Assembly (NCBI GenBank): GCA_964016885.1 | Contig: OZ024747.1 | Location: forward strand, 29,822,001-29,886,000 | DNA: 64,000 nt | Origin: Eledone cirrhosa | Lineage: Eukaryota | Direction of reading: 5' to 3' | Part shown: positions 47,160-62,100 of the stretch, one piece after another | Layout: each line of letters opens with the position of its first letter | Numbering within the stretch: the stretch's first letter is position 1 | The notes under the pieces: generated by a model | Told to the model about the DNA's origin: nothing | Databases searched by the model: none | Seen by the model: the letters and a program-made list of their open reading frames with translations, nothing else | Translations under genes and position numbers: made by a program

Positions 47160-50100
47160 TTTCGAAAAGTATAAAAAAATTGATTATTTTAGGTTTTTCA
47201 CAAATTGATCATTTTACACAGTATTTCGAAAAATTGTTTTTTTTCAAAAAACATTGATTTTCTTTCTTTCGAAATATATACTTTCTGATTTCGAAAATTG
47301 ATATATATTTTGTATTTTTCAAACACAATGTATAAACGCATTTTTTTGAAAAAAAACATTTTTTCCAAATAGTGTGTAAAATGATCAATTTGTGAAAAAC
47401 CTAAAAAAATCAATTTTAGAAGTTAGAAGTAAATATTTCGAAAAGTATAAAAAAATTGATTATTTTAGGTTTTTCACAAATTGATCATTTTACACAGTAT
47501 TTCGAAAAATTGTTTTTTTATCAAAAAAGATTGATTTTTTTTCTTTCGAAATATATACTTTCTGATTTCGAAAATTGATATATATTTTGTATTTTTCAAA
47601 CACAATGTATAAACGCATTTTTTCCAAATACTCTGTAAAATGATCAATTTGTGAAAAACCTAAAAAAATCAATTTTAGAAATCAGAAGTAAATATTTCGA
47701 AAAGTATAAAAAAATTGATTATTTTAGGTTTTTCACAAATTGATCATTTTACACAGTATTTCGAAAAATTTTTTTTTTTCAAAAAAGATTGATTTTTTTT
47801 CTTCTGATTTAGAAAATTGATATATATTTTGTATTTTTCAAATATTTTTCAACGTGTCGAAACAATGTATAAACGCATTTTTTGGAAAAAAAACTTTTTT
47901 TCCAAATACTGTGTAAATTGATCAATTTGTGAAAAACCTAAAAAATCAATTTTAGAAATCAGAAGTAAGTATTTCGAAAAGTATAAAAAAATTGATTATT
48001 TTAGGTTTTTCACAAATTGATAATTTTACACAGTATTTCGAAAAATTGTTTTTTTTCAAAAAACATTGACTTTTTTTCTTTCGAAATATATACTTTCTGA
48101 TTTCGAAAATTGATATATATTTTGTATTTTTCAAACACAATGCATAACGCATTTTTTTGAAAAAAAACATTTTTTCCAAATACTCTGTAAAATGATCAAT
48201 TTGTGAAAAACCTAAAAAAATCAATTTTAGAAGTCAGAAGTAAATATTTCGAAAAGTATAAAAAAATTGATTATTTTAGGTTTTTCACAAATTGATAATT
48301 TTAGACAGTATTTCGAAAATTTGTTTTTTTTCAAAAAAGATTGATTTTTTTTCTATCGAAATATATACTTTCTGATTTCGAAAATTGATATACATTTTGT
48401 ATTTTTCAAATATTTTTCAACGTGTTGAAACACAGTGTATAAACGCATTTTTTTGAAAAAAAAACATTTTTTCCAAATACTGTGAAAAAACCTAAAAAAA
48501 TCAATTTTAGAAATTAGAAGTAAATATTTCGAAAAGTGTAAACAAATTGATTATTTTATGTTTTTCACAAATTGATCATTTTACACAGTATTTCGAAAAA
48601 TTGTTTTTTTTCAAAAAAGATTGATTTTTTTTCTTTTGAAATATCTACTTTCTGATTTCGAAAATTGTTATATATTTTGTATTTTTAAAAAGTTTTACAA
48701 CGTGTTGAATGTATAAACGCATTTTTTCCAAATACTGTGTAAAATGATCAATTTGTGAAAAAGCTAAAAAAATCAATTTTAGAAATCGGAAGTAAATATT
48801 TCGAAAAGTATAAAAAAATTGATTATTCTAGGTTTTTCACAAATTGATCATTTTAAACAGTATTTCGAAAACTTATTTTTTTTCCAAAAACATTAATTTT
48901 TTTTTTCGAAATATATATTTTCTGATTTCGAAAATTGATATACATTTTGTATTTTTCAAATATTTTTCAACGTGTTGAAACATAATGTATAAACGCATTT
49001 TTTTGAAAAAAAACTTTTTTTCCAAATACTGTGTAAATTGATCAATTTGTGAAAAACCTAAAAAAATCAATTCTAGAAATCAAAAGTAAATATTTCGAAA
49101 AGTTGATTATTTTAGGTTTTTTACAAATTGATCATTTTACACAGTATTTCGAAAAATTGTTTTTTTACAAAAAACATTGATTTTTTTTCTTTCGAAATAT
49201 ATACTTTCTGATTTCGAAAATTTATATATATTTTGTATTTTTCAAACACAATGTATAAACGCATTTTTTTGAAAAAAAAACATTTTTTCCAAATACTCTG
49301 TAAAATGATCAATTTGTGAAAAACCTAAAAAAATCAATTTTAGAAATCAGAAGTAAATATTTCGAAAAGTATAAAAAAATTGATTATTTTAGGTTTTTCA
49401 CAAATTGATAATTTTACACAGTATTTCGAAAAATTGTTTTTTTTCAAAAAAGATTGATTTTTTTTCTTTTGAAATATATACTCTCTGATTTCGAAAATTG
49501 ATATATATTTTGTATTTTTCAAACATATTGTATAAACGCATTTTTTTGAAAAAAAAACATTTTTTCCAAATACTGTGTAAAATGATCAATTTGTGAAAAA
49601 CCTAAAAAAATCAATTTTAGAAATCAGAAGTATATATTTCGAAAAGTATAAAAAAATTGATTATTTTAGGTTTTTCACAAATTGATCATTTTACACAGTA
49701 TTTCGAAAAATTGTTTTTTTTCAAAAAAGATTGATTTTTTTTCTTACGAAATATCTACTTTCTGATTTCGAAAATTGTTATATATTTTGTATTTTTAAAA
49801 AGTTTTTCAACGTGTCGAAACATAATGTATAAACGCATTTTTTCCAAATACTGTGTAAAAGATCTATTTGTGAAAAAGCTAAAAAAATCAATTTTAGAAA
49901 TCGGAAGTAAATATTTCGAAAAGTATAAAAAAATTGATTATTTTAGGTTTTTCACAAATTGATCATTTTACACAGTATTTCGAAAAATTATTTTTTTACA
50001 AAAAACATTGATTTTTTTTCTTTCGAAATATATACTTTCTGATTTCGAAAATTGATATATATTTTGTATTTTTCAAACACAATGTATAAACGCATTTTTT

Positions 50101-53100
50101 TGAAAAAAAACATTTTTTCCAAATACTGTGTAAATTGATCAATATGTTAAAAACCTAACAAAATCAATTCTAGAAATCAAAAGTAAATATTTCGAAAAGT
50201 TGATTATTTTAGGTTTTTTACAAATTGATCATTTTACACAGTATTTCGAAAAATTGTTTTTTTTCAAAAAAGATTGATTTTTTTTCTTTCGAAATATCTA
50301 CTTTCTGATTTCGAAAATTGTTATATATTTTGTATTTTTAAAAAGTTTTTCAACGTGTCGAAACATAATGTATAAACGCATTTTTTCCAAATACTGTGTA
50401 AAATGATCTATTTGTGAAAAAGCTAAAAAAATCAATTTTAGAAATTGGAAGTAAATATTTCGAAAAGTATGAAAAAATTGATTATTCTAGGTTTTTCACA
50501 AATTGATCATTTTAAACAGTATTTCGAAAAATTATTTTTTTTCCAAAAACATTGATTTTTTTCTTTCGAAATATATATTTTCTGATTTCGAAAATTGATA
50601 TATATTTTGTATTTTTCAAACACAATGTATAAACGCATTTTTTTGAAAATATACATTTTTTCCAAATACAGTGTAAAATGATCAATTTGTGAAAAACCTA
50701 AAAAAATCAATTTTAGAAATCAGAAGTAAATATTTCGAAAAGTATAAAAAAATTGATTATTTTAGGTTTTTCACAAATTGATAATTTTACACAGTATTTC
50801 GAAAATTTGTTTTTTTTCAAAAAAGATTGATTTTTTTTTCTATCGAAATATATACTTTCTGATTTCGAAAATTGATATACATTTTGTATTTTTCAAATAT
50901 TTTTCAACGTATGTATAAACAAGGTTTTGAAAAAAAACATTTTTTCCAAATACTGTGTAAATTGATCAATTTGTGAAAAAACCTAAAAAAATCAATTTTA
51001 GAAATCAGAAGTAAATATTTCGAAAAGTGTAAACAAATTGATTATTTTAGGTTTTTCACAAATTGATCATTTTACACAGTATTTCGAAAAATTGTATTTT
51101 TTTCAAAAAAGATTGATTTTTTTTCTTTTGAAATATCTACTTTCTGATTTCGAAAATTGTTATATAATTTGTATTTTTAAAAAATTTTTCAGCGTGTATG
51201 TATAAATGTATAAACGCATTTTTTCCAAATACTGTGTAAAATGATCTATTTGTGAAAAAGCTAAAAAAATCAATTTTAGAAATCGGAAGTAAATATTTCG
51301 AAAAGTATAAAAAAATTGATTATTTTAGGTTTTTCACAAATTGATCATTTTACACAGTATTTCGAAAAATTGTTTTTTTATCAAAAAAGATTGATTTTTT
51401 TTCTTTCGAAATATATAATTTCTGATTTCGAAAATTGATATATATTTTGTATTTTTCAAATATTTTTCAACGTGTCGAAACACAACGTATAAACGCATTT
51501 TTTTGAAAAAAAACATTTTTTCCAAATACTGTGTAAAATGATCAATTTGTGAAAAACCTAAAAAAATCAATTTTAGAAATCGGAAGTAAATATTTCGAAA
51601 AGTATAAAAAATTGATTATTTTAGGTTTTTTACAAATTGATCATTTTACACAGTATTTCGAAAAATTGTTTTTTTATCAAAAAACATTGATTTTTTTTCT
51701 TTCGAAATATATACTTTCTGATTTCGAAAATTGATATATATTTTGTATTTTTCAAACACAATGTATAAACGCATTTTTTTGAAAAAAAAAATTTTTTCCG
51801 AATACTGTGTAAAATGATCAATTTGTGAAAAACCTAAAAAAAATCAATTTTAGAAATCAGAAGTAAATATTTCGAAAAGTATAAAAAAATTGATTATTTT
51901 AGGTTTTTCACAAATTGATAATTTTACACAGTATTTCGAAAAATTGTTTTTTTTTCAAAAAACATTGATTTTTTTTCTTTCGAAATATATACTTTCTGAT
52001 TTCGAAAATTGATATATATTTTGTATTTTTCAAACACAATGTATAAACGCATTTTTTCCAAATACTCTGTAAAATGATCAATTTGTGAAAAACGTAAAAA
52101 AATCAATTTTAGAAGTTAGAAGTAAATATTTCGAAAAGTATAAAAAAATTGATTATTTTAGGTTTTTCACAAATTGATCATTTTACACAGTATTTCGAAA
52201 AATTGTTTTTTTTCAAAAAACATTGATTTTCTTTCTTTCGAAATATATACTTTCTGATTTCGAAAATTGATATGTATTTTGTATTTTTCAAACACAATGT
52301 ATAAACGCATTTTTTTGAAAAAAAACATTTTTTCCAAATAGTGTGGAAAATGATCAATTTGTGAAAAACCTAAAAAAATCAATTTTAGAAGTTAGAAGTA
52401 AATATTTCGAAAAGTATAAAAAAATTGATTATTTTAGGTTTTTCACAAATTGATCATTTTACACAGTATTTCGAAAAATTGTTTTTTTATCAAAAAAGAT
52501 TGATTTTTTTTCTTTCGAAATATATACTTTCTGATTTCGAAAATTGATATATATTTTGTATTTTTCAAACACAATGTATAAACGCATTTTTTCCAAATAC
52601 TCTGTAAAATGATCAATTTGTGAAAAACCTAAAAAAATCAATTTTAGAAATCAGAAGTAAATATTTCGAAAAGTATAAAAAAATTGATTATTTTAGGTTT
52701 TTCACAAATTGATCATTTTACACAGTATTTCAAAAAATTTTTTTTTTTCAAAAAAGATTGATTTTTTTTCTTCTGATTTAGAAAATTGATATATATTTTG
52801 TATTTTTCAAATATTTTTCAACGTGTCGAAACAATGTATAAACGCATTTTTTGGAAAAAAAACTTTTTTTCCAAATACTGTGTAAATTGATCAATTTGTG
52901 AAAAACCTAAAAAATCAATTTTAGAAATCAGAAGTAAGTATTTCGAAAAGTATAAAAAAATTGATTATTTTAGGTTTTTCACAAATTGATAATTTTACAC
53001 AGTATTTCGAAAAATTGTTTTTTTTCAAAAAACATTGACTTTTTTTCTTTCGAAATATATACTTTCTGATTTCGAAAATTGATATATATTTTGTATTTTT

Positions 53101-56100
53101 CAAACACAATGTATAACGCATTTTTTTGAAAAAAAACATTTTTTCCAAATACTCTGTAAAATGATCAATTTGTGAAAAACCTAAAAAAATCAATTTTAGA
53201 AGTCAGAAGTAAATATTTCGAAAAGTATGAAAAAATTGATTATTTTAGGTTTTTCACAAATTGATAATTTTAGACAGTATTTCGAAAATTTGTTTTTTTT
53301 CAAAAAAGATTGATTTTTTTTCTATCGAAATATATACTTTCTGATTTCGAAAATTGATATACATTTTGTATTTTTCAAATATTTTTCAACGTGTTGAAAC
53401 ACAGTGTATAAACGCATTTTTTTGAAAAAAAAACATTTTTTCCAAATACTGTGAAAAAACCTAAAAAAATCAATTTTAGAAATTAGAAGTAAATATTTCG
53501 AAAAGTGTAAACAAATTGATTATTTTAGGTTTTTCACAAATTGATCATTTTACACAGTATTTCGAAAAATTGTTTTTTTTCAAAAAAGATTGATTTTTTT
53601 TCTTTTGAAATATCTACTTTCTGATTTCGAAAATTGTTATATATTTTGTATTTTTAAAAAGTTTTACAACGTGTTGAATGTATAAACGCATTTTTTCCAA
53701 ATACTGTGTAAAATGATCAATTTGTGAAAAAGCTAAAAAAATCAATTTTAGAAATCGGAAGTAAATATTTCGAAAAGTATAAAAAAATTGATTATTCTAG
53801 GTTTTTCACAAATTGATCATTTTAAACAGTATTTCGAAAAATTATTTTTTTTCCAAAAACATTGATTTTTTTCTTTCGAAATATATATTTTCTGTTTTCG
53901 AAAATTGATATACATTTTGTATTTTTCAAATATTTTTCAACGTGTTGAAACATAATGTATAAACGCATTTTTTTGAAAAAAAACTTTTTTTCCAAATACT
54001 GTGTAAATTGATCAATTTGTGAAAAACCTAAAAAAATCAATTCTAGAAATCAAAAGTAAATATTTCGAAAAGTTGATTATTTTAGGTTTTTTACAAATTG
54101 ATCATTTTACACAGTATTTCGAAAAATTGTTTTTTTACAAAAAACATTGATTTTTTTTCTTTCGAAATATATACTTTCTGATTTCGAAAATTGATATATA
54201 TTTTGTATTTTTCAAACACAATGTATAAACGCATTTTTTTGAAAAAAAAACATTTTTTCCTAATACTCTGTAAAATGATCAATTTGTGAAAAACCTAAAA
54301 AAATCAATTTTAGAAATCAGAAGTAAATATTTCGAAAAGTATAAAAAAATTGATTATTTTAGGTTTTTCACAAATTGATAATTTTACACAGTATTTCGAA
54401 AAATTGTTTTTTTTCAAAAAAGATTGATTTTTTTTCTTTTGAAACATATACTCTCTGATTTCGAAAATTGATATATATTTTGTATTTTTCAAACATTTTT
54501 TCCAAATACTGTGTAAAATGATCAATTTGTGAAAAACCTAAAAAAATCAATTTTAGAAATCAGAAGTATATATTTCGAAAAGTATAAAAAAATTGATTAT
54601 ATTAGGTTTTTCACAAATTGATCATTTTACACAGTATTTCGAAAAATTGTTTTTTTTCAAAAAAGATTGATTTTTTTTCTTACGAAATATCTACTTTCTG
54701 ATTTCGAAAATTGTTATATATTTTGTATTTTTAAAAAGTTTTTCAACGTGTCGAAACATAATGTATAAACGCATTTTTTCCAAATACTGTGTAAAAGATC
54801 TATTTGTGAAAAAGCTAAAAAAATCAATTTTAGAAATCGGAAGTAAATATTTCGAAAAGTATAAAAAAATTGATTATTTTAGGTTTTTCACAAATTGATC
54901 ATTTTACACAGTATTTCGAAAAATTGTTTTTTTACAAAAAACATTGATTTTTTTTTCTTTCGAAATATATATTTTCTGATTTCGAAAATTGATATATATT
55001 TTGTATTTTTCAAACACAATGTATAAACGCATTTTTTTGAAAATATACATTTTTTCCAAATACAGTGTAAAATGATCAATTTGTGAAAAACCTAAAAAAA
55101 TCAATTTTAGAAATCAGAAGTAAATATTTCGAAAAGTATAAAAAAATTGATTATTTTAGGTTTTTCACAAATTGATAATTTTACACAGTATTTCGAAAAT
55201 TTGTTTTTTTTCAAAAAAGATTGATTTTTTTTCTATCGAAATATATACTTTCTGATTTCGAAAATTGATATACATTTTGTATTTTTCAAATATTTTTCAA
55301 CGTATGTATAAACAAGGTTTTGAAAAAAAACATTTTTTCCAAATACTGTGTAAATTGATCAATTTGTGAAAAAACCTAAAAAAATCAATTTTAGAAATCA
55401 GAAGTAAATATTTCGAAAAGTGTAAACAAATTGATTATTTTAGGTTTTTCACAAATTGATCATTTTACACAGTATTTCGAAAAATTGTTTTTTTTCAAAA
55501 AAGATTGATTTTTTTTCTTTTGAAATATCTACTTTCTGATTTCGAAAATTGTTATATAATTTGTATTTTTAAAAGATTTTTCAGCGTGTATGTATAAATC
55601 TATAAACGCATTTTTTCCAAATACTGTGTAAAATGATCTATTTGTGAAAAAGCTAAAAAAATCAATTTTAGAAATCGGAAGTAAATATTTCGAAAAGTAT
55701 AAAAAAATTGATTATTTTAGGTTTTTCACAAATTGCTCATTTTAAACAGTATTTCGAAAAATTATTTTTTTTCCAAAAACATTGATTTTTTTCTTTCGGA
55801 ATATATACTTTCTGATTTCGAAAATTGATATATATTTTGTAATTTTCAAACACAATGTATAAACGCATTTTTTTGAAAAAAAACATTTTTTCCAAATACT
55901 GTGTAAAATGATCAATTTGTGAAAAACCTAAAAAAATCAATTTTAGAAATCAGAAGTAAATATTTCGAAAAGTATAAAAAAATTGATTATTTTAGGTTTT
56001 TCACAAATTGATCATTTTACACAGTATTTCGAAAAATTGTTTTTTTACAAAAAACATTGATTTTTTTTTCTTTCGAAATATATACTTTCTGATTTTGAAA

Positions 56101-59100
56101 ATTGATATATATTTTGTATTTTTCAAACACAATGTATAAACGCATTTTTTTGAAAAAAAACATTCTTTCCAAATACTGTGTAAATTGATCAATTTGTGAA
56201 AAACCTAAAAAAATCAATTCTAGAAATCAAAAGTAAATATTTCGAAAAGTGTAAACAAATTGATTATTTTAGGTTTTTCACAAATTGATCATTTTACACA
56301 GTATTTCGAAAAATTGTTTTTTTTCAAAAAAGATTGATTTTTTTTCTTTCGAAATATCTACTTTCTGATTTCGAAAATTGTTATATATTTTGTATTTTTA
56401 AAAAGTTTTTCAGCGTGTATGTATAAATGTATAAACGCATTTTTTCCAAATTGATCAAGTTGATCAAATTGATCAATTTGTGAAAAACCTAAAAAAATCA
56501 ATTCTAGAAATCAAAAGTAAATATTTCGAAAAGTGTAAACAAATTGATTATTTTAGGTTTTTCACAAATTGATAATTTTACACAGTATTTCGAAAATTGT
56601 TTTTTTTCAAAAAAGATTGATTTTTTTTCTATCGAAATATATACTTTCTGATTTCGTAAATTGATATACATTTTGTATTTTTCAAATATTTTTCAACGTG
56701 TTGAAACAATGTATAAACGCATTTTTTTGAAAAAAAACATTTTTTCCAAATACTGTGTAAATTGATCAATTTGTGAAAAACCTAAACAAATCAATTTTAG
56801 AAATCAGAAGTAAATATTTCGAAAAGTATAAAAAAATTGATTATTTTAGGTTTTTCACAAATTGATCATTTTACACAGTATTTCGAAAAATTGTTTTTTT
56901 ATCAAAAAAGATTGATTTTTTTTCTTTCGAAATATATAATTTCTGATTTCGAAATTTGATATATATTTTGTATTTTTCAAAAATTTTTCAACGTGTTGAT
57001 ACACTATGTATAAACGCATTTTTTTGAAAAAAAACATTTTTTTCAAATACTGTGTAAATTGATCAATTTGTGAAAAAACCTAAAAAAATCAATTTTAGAA
57101 ATCAGAAGTAAATATTTCGAAAAGTTTAAACAAATTGATTATTTTAGGTTTTTCACAAATTGATCATTTTACACAGTATTTCGAAAAATTGTTTTTTTTC
57201 AAAAAAGATTGATTTTTTTTCTTTTGAAATATCTACTTTCTGATTTCGAAAATTGTTATATAATTTGTATTTTTAAAAAATTTTTCAGCGTGTATGTATA
57301 AATGTATAAACGCATTTTTTCCAAATACTGTGTAAAATGATCAATTTGTGAAAAACCTAAAAAAATCAATTTTAGAAATCAGAAGTAAATATTTCGAAAA
57401 GTATAAAAAAAATTGATTATTTTAGGTTTTTCACAAATTGATCATTTTAAACAGTATTTCGAAAAATTATTTTTTTTCCAAAAACATTGATTTTTTTCTT
57501 TTGAAATATATACTTTCTGATTTAGAAAATTTATATATATTTTGTATTTTTCAAACACAATGTATAAACGCATTTTTTTGAAAAAAAACATTTTTTCCAA
57601 ATACTGTGTAAAATGATCAATTTGTGAAAAACCTAAAAAAATCAATTTTAGAAATCAGAAGTAAATATTTCGAAAAGTATAAATAAATTGATTATTTTAG
57701 GTTTTTCACAAATTGAGCATTTTAAACAGTATTTCGAAAAATTGTTTTTTTTCCAAAAACATTGATTATTTTTCTTTTGAAATATATACTTTCTGATTTC
57801 GAAAATTGATATATATTTTGTATTTTTCAAACACAATGTATAAACGCATTTTTTTGAAAAAAAACATTTTTTCCAAATACTGTGTAAAATGATCAATTTG
57901 TGAAAAACCTAAAAAAATCAATTTTAGAAATCAGAAGTAAATATTTCGAAAAGTATAAAAAAATTGATTATTTTAGGTTTTTCACAAATTGATCATTTTA
58001 CACAGTATTTCGAAAAATTTTTTTTTTCAAAAAACATTGATTTTTTTTTCTTTCGAAATATATACTTTCTGATTTCGAATGTATTTTTCAAACACAATGT
58101 ATAAACGCATTTTTTTGAAAAAAAACATTTTTTCCAAATACTCTGTAAAATGATCAATTTGTGAAAAACCTAAAAAAATCAATTTTAGAAGTTAGAAGTA
58201 AATATTTCGAAAAGTAAAAAAAAATTGATTATTTTAGGTTTTTCACAAATTGATCATTTTACACAGTATTTCGGAAAATTGTTTTTTTTCAAAAAAGATT
58301 GATTTTTTTCTTTCGAAATATCTACTTTCTGATTTCGAAAATTGTTATATATTTTGTATTTTTAAAAAGTTTTGCAACGTGTTGAATGTATAAACGCATT
58401 TTTTCCAAATACTGTGTAAAATGATCAATTTGTGAAAAAGCTAAAAATTTCAATTTTAGAAATCGGAAGTAAATATTTCGAAAAGTATAAAAAAATTGAT
58501 TATTCTAGGTTTTTCACAAATTGATCATTTTAAACAGTATTTCGAAAAATTATTTTTTTTCCAAAAACATTGATTTTTTTCTTTCGAAATATATATTTTC
58601 TGATTTCGAAAATTGATATACATTTTGTATTTTTCAAATATTTTTCAACGTGTTGAAACAATTTATAAACGCATTTTTTTGAAAAAAAACTTTTTTTCCA
58701 AATACTGTGTAAATTGATCAATTTGTGAAAAACCTAAAAAAATCAATTCTAGAAATCAAAAGTAATTATTTCGAAAAGTTGATTATTTTAGGTTTTTTAC
58801 AAATTGATCATTTTACACAGTATTTCGAAAAATTGTTTTTTTACAAAAAACATTGATTTTTTTTTCTTTCGAAATATATACTTTCTGATTTCGAAAATTG
58901 ATATATATTTTGTATTTTTCAAACACAATGTATAAACGCATTTTTTTGAAAAAAAAACATTTTTTCCAAATACTCTGTAAAATGGTCAATTTGTGAAAAA
59001 CCTAAAAAAATCAATTTTAGAAATCAGAAGTAAATATTTCGAAAAGTATAAAAAAATTGATTATTTTAGGTTTTTCACAAATTGATAATTTTACACAGTA

Positions 59101-62100
59101 TTTCGAAAAATTGTTTTTTTTCAAAAAAGATTGATTTTTTTTCTTTCGAAATATATACTCTCTGATTTCGAAAATTGATATATATTTTGTATTTTTCAAA
59201 CATATTGTATAAACGCATTTTTTTTGAAAAAAAAACATTTTTTCCAAATACTCTGTAAAATGATCAATTTGTGAAAAACCTAAAAAAATCAATTTTAGAA
59301 GTCAGAAGTAAATATTTCGAAAAGTATAAAAAAATTGATTATTTTAGGTTTTTCACAAATTGATAATTTTACACAGTATTTCGAAAATTGTTTTTTTTCA
59401 AAAAAGATTGATTTTTTTTTATCGAAATATATAGTTTCTGATTTCGTAAATTGATATACATTTTGTATTTTTCAAATATTTTTCAACGTGTTGAAACACA
59501 ATGTATAAACGCATTTTTTTGAAAAAAAACATTTTTTCCAAATACTGTGTAAAATGATCAATTTGTGAAAAACCTAAAAAAATCAATTTTAGAAATCAGA
59601 AGTAAATATTTCGAAAAGTATAAAAAAATTGATTATTTTAGGTTTTTCACAAATTGATCATTTTACACAGTATTTCGAAAAATTGTTTTTTTTCAAAAAA
59701 CATTGATTTTCTTTCTTTCGAAATATATACTTTCTGATTTCGAAAATTGATATATATTTTGTATTTTTCAAACACAATGTATAAACGCATTTTTTTGAAA
59801 AAAAACATTTTTTCCAAATAGTGTGTAAAATGATCAATTTGTGAAAAACCTAAAAAAATCAATTTTAGAAGTTAGAAGTAAATATTTCGAAAAGTATAAA
59901 AAAATTGATTATTTTAGGTTTTTCACAAATTGATCATTTTACACAGTATTTCGAAAAATTGTTTTTTTATCAAAAAAGATTGATTTTTTTTCTTTCGAAA
60001 TATATACTTTCTGATTTCGAAAATTGATATATATTTTGTATTTTTCAAACACAATGTATAAACGCATTTTTTCCAAATACTCTGTAAAATGATCAATTTG
60101 TGAAAAACCTAAAAAAATCAATTTTAGAAATCAGAAGTAAATATTTCGAAAAGTATAAAAAAATTGATTATTTTAGGTTTTTCACAAATTGATCATTTTA
60201 CACAGTATTTCGAAAAATTTTTTTTTTTCAAAAAAGATTGATTTTTTTTCTTCTGATTTAGAAAATTGATATATATTTTGTATTTTTCAAATATTTTTCA
60301 ACGTGTCGAAACAATGTATAAACGCATTTTTTGGAAAAAAAACTTTTTTTCCAAATACTGTGTAAATTGATCAATTTGTGAAAAACCTAAAAAATCAATT
60401 TTAGAAATCAGAAGTAAGTATTTCGAAAAGTATAAAAAAATTGATTATTTTAGGTTTTTCACAAATTGATAATTTTACACAGTATTTCGAAAAATTGTTT
60501 TTTTTCAAAAAACATTGACTTTTTTTCTTTCGAAATATATACTTTCTGATTTCGAAAATTGATATATATTTTGTATTTTTCAAACACAATGTATAACGCA
60601 TTTTTTTGAAAAAAAACATTTTTTCCAAATACTCTGTAAAATGATCAATTTGTGAAAAACCTAAAAAAATCAATTTTAGAAGTCAGAAGTAAATATTTCG
60701 AAAAGTATAAAAAAATTGATTATTTTAGGTTTTTCACAAATTGATAATTTTAGACAGTATTTCGAAAATTTGTTTTTTTTCAAAAAAGATTGATTTTTTT
60801 TCTATCGAAATATATACTTTCTGATTTCGAAAATTGATATACATTTTGTATTTTTCAAATATTTTTCAACGTGTTGAAACACAGTGTATAAACGCATTTT
60901 TTTGAAAAAAAAACATTTTTTCCAAATACTGTGAAAAAACCTAAAAAAATCAATTTTAGAAATTAGAAGTAAATATTTCGAAAAGTGTAAACAAATTGAT
61001 TATTTTAGGTTTTTCACAAATTGATCATTTTACACAGTATTTCGAAAAATTGTTTTTTTTCAAAAAAGATTGATTTTTTTTCTTTTGAAATATCTACTTT
61101 CTGATTTCGAAAATTGTTATATATTTTGTATTTTTAAAAAGTTTTACAACGTGTTGAATGTATAAACGCATTTTTTCCAAATACTGTGTAAAATGATCAA
61201 TTTGTGAAAAAGCTAAAAAAATCAATTTTAGAAATCGGAAGTAAATATTTCGAAAAGTATAAAAAAATTGATTATTCTAGGTTTTTCACAAATTGATCAT
61301 TTTAAACAGTATTTCGAAAAATTATTTTTTTTCCAAAAACATTGATTTTTTTTTTCGAAATATATATTTTCTGATTTCGAAAATTGATATACATTTTGTA
61401 TTTTTCAAATATTTTTCAACGTGTTGAAACATAATGTATAAACGCATTTTTTTGAAAAAAAACTTTTTTTCCAAATACTGTGTAAATTGATCAATTTGTG
61501 AAAAACCTAAAAAAATCAATTCTAGAAATCAAAAGTAAATATTTCGAAAAGTTGATTATTTTAGGTTTTTTACAAATTGATCATTTTACACAGTATTTCG
61601 AAAAATTGTTTTTTTACAAAGAACATTGATTTTTTTTCTTTCGAAATATATACTTTCTGATTTCGAAAATTGATATATATTTTGTATTTTTCAAACACAA
61701 TGTATAAACGCATTTTTTTGAAAAAAAAACATTTTTTCCAAATACTCTGTAAAATGATCAATTTGTGAAAAACCTAAAAAAATCAATTTTAGAAATCAGA
61801 AGTAAATATTTCGAAAAGTATAAAAAAATTGATTATTTTAGGTTTTTCACAAATTGATAATTTTACACAGTATTTCGAAAAATTGTTTTTTTTCAAAAAA
61901 GATTGATTTTTTTTCTTTTGAAATATATACTCTCTGATTTCGAAAATTGATATATATTTTGTATTTTTCAAACATATTGTATAAACGCATTTTTTTGAAA
62001 AAAAAACATTTTTTCCAAATACTGTGTAAAATGATCAATTTGTGAAAAACCTAAAAAAATCAATTTTAGAAATCAGAAGTATATATTTCGAAAAGTATAA

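Noticed and set aside
40557-62038. Repeated 60-120 aa minus-strand ORFs (MIFLGFSQIDHF...)
   Set aside because: These are translations of the satellite monomer, mostly from non-ATG starts, with frameshifts differing between copies and no recognisable domain.
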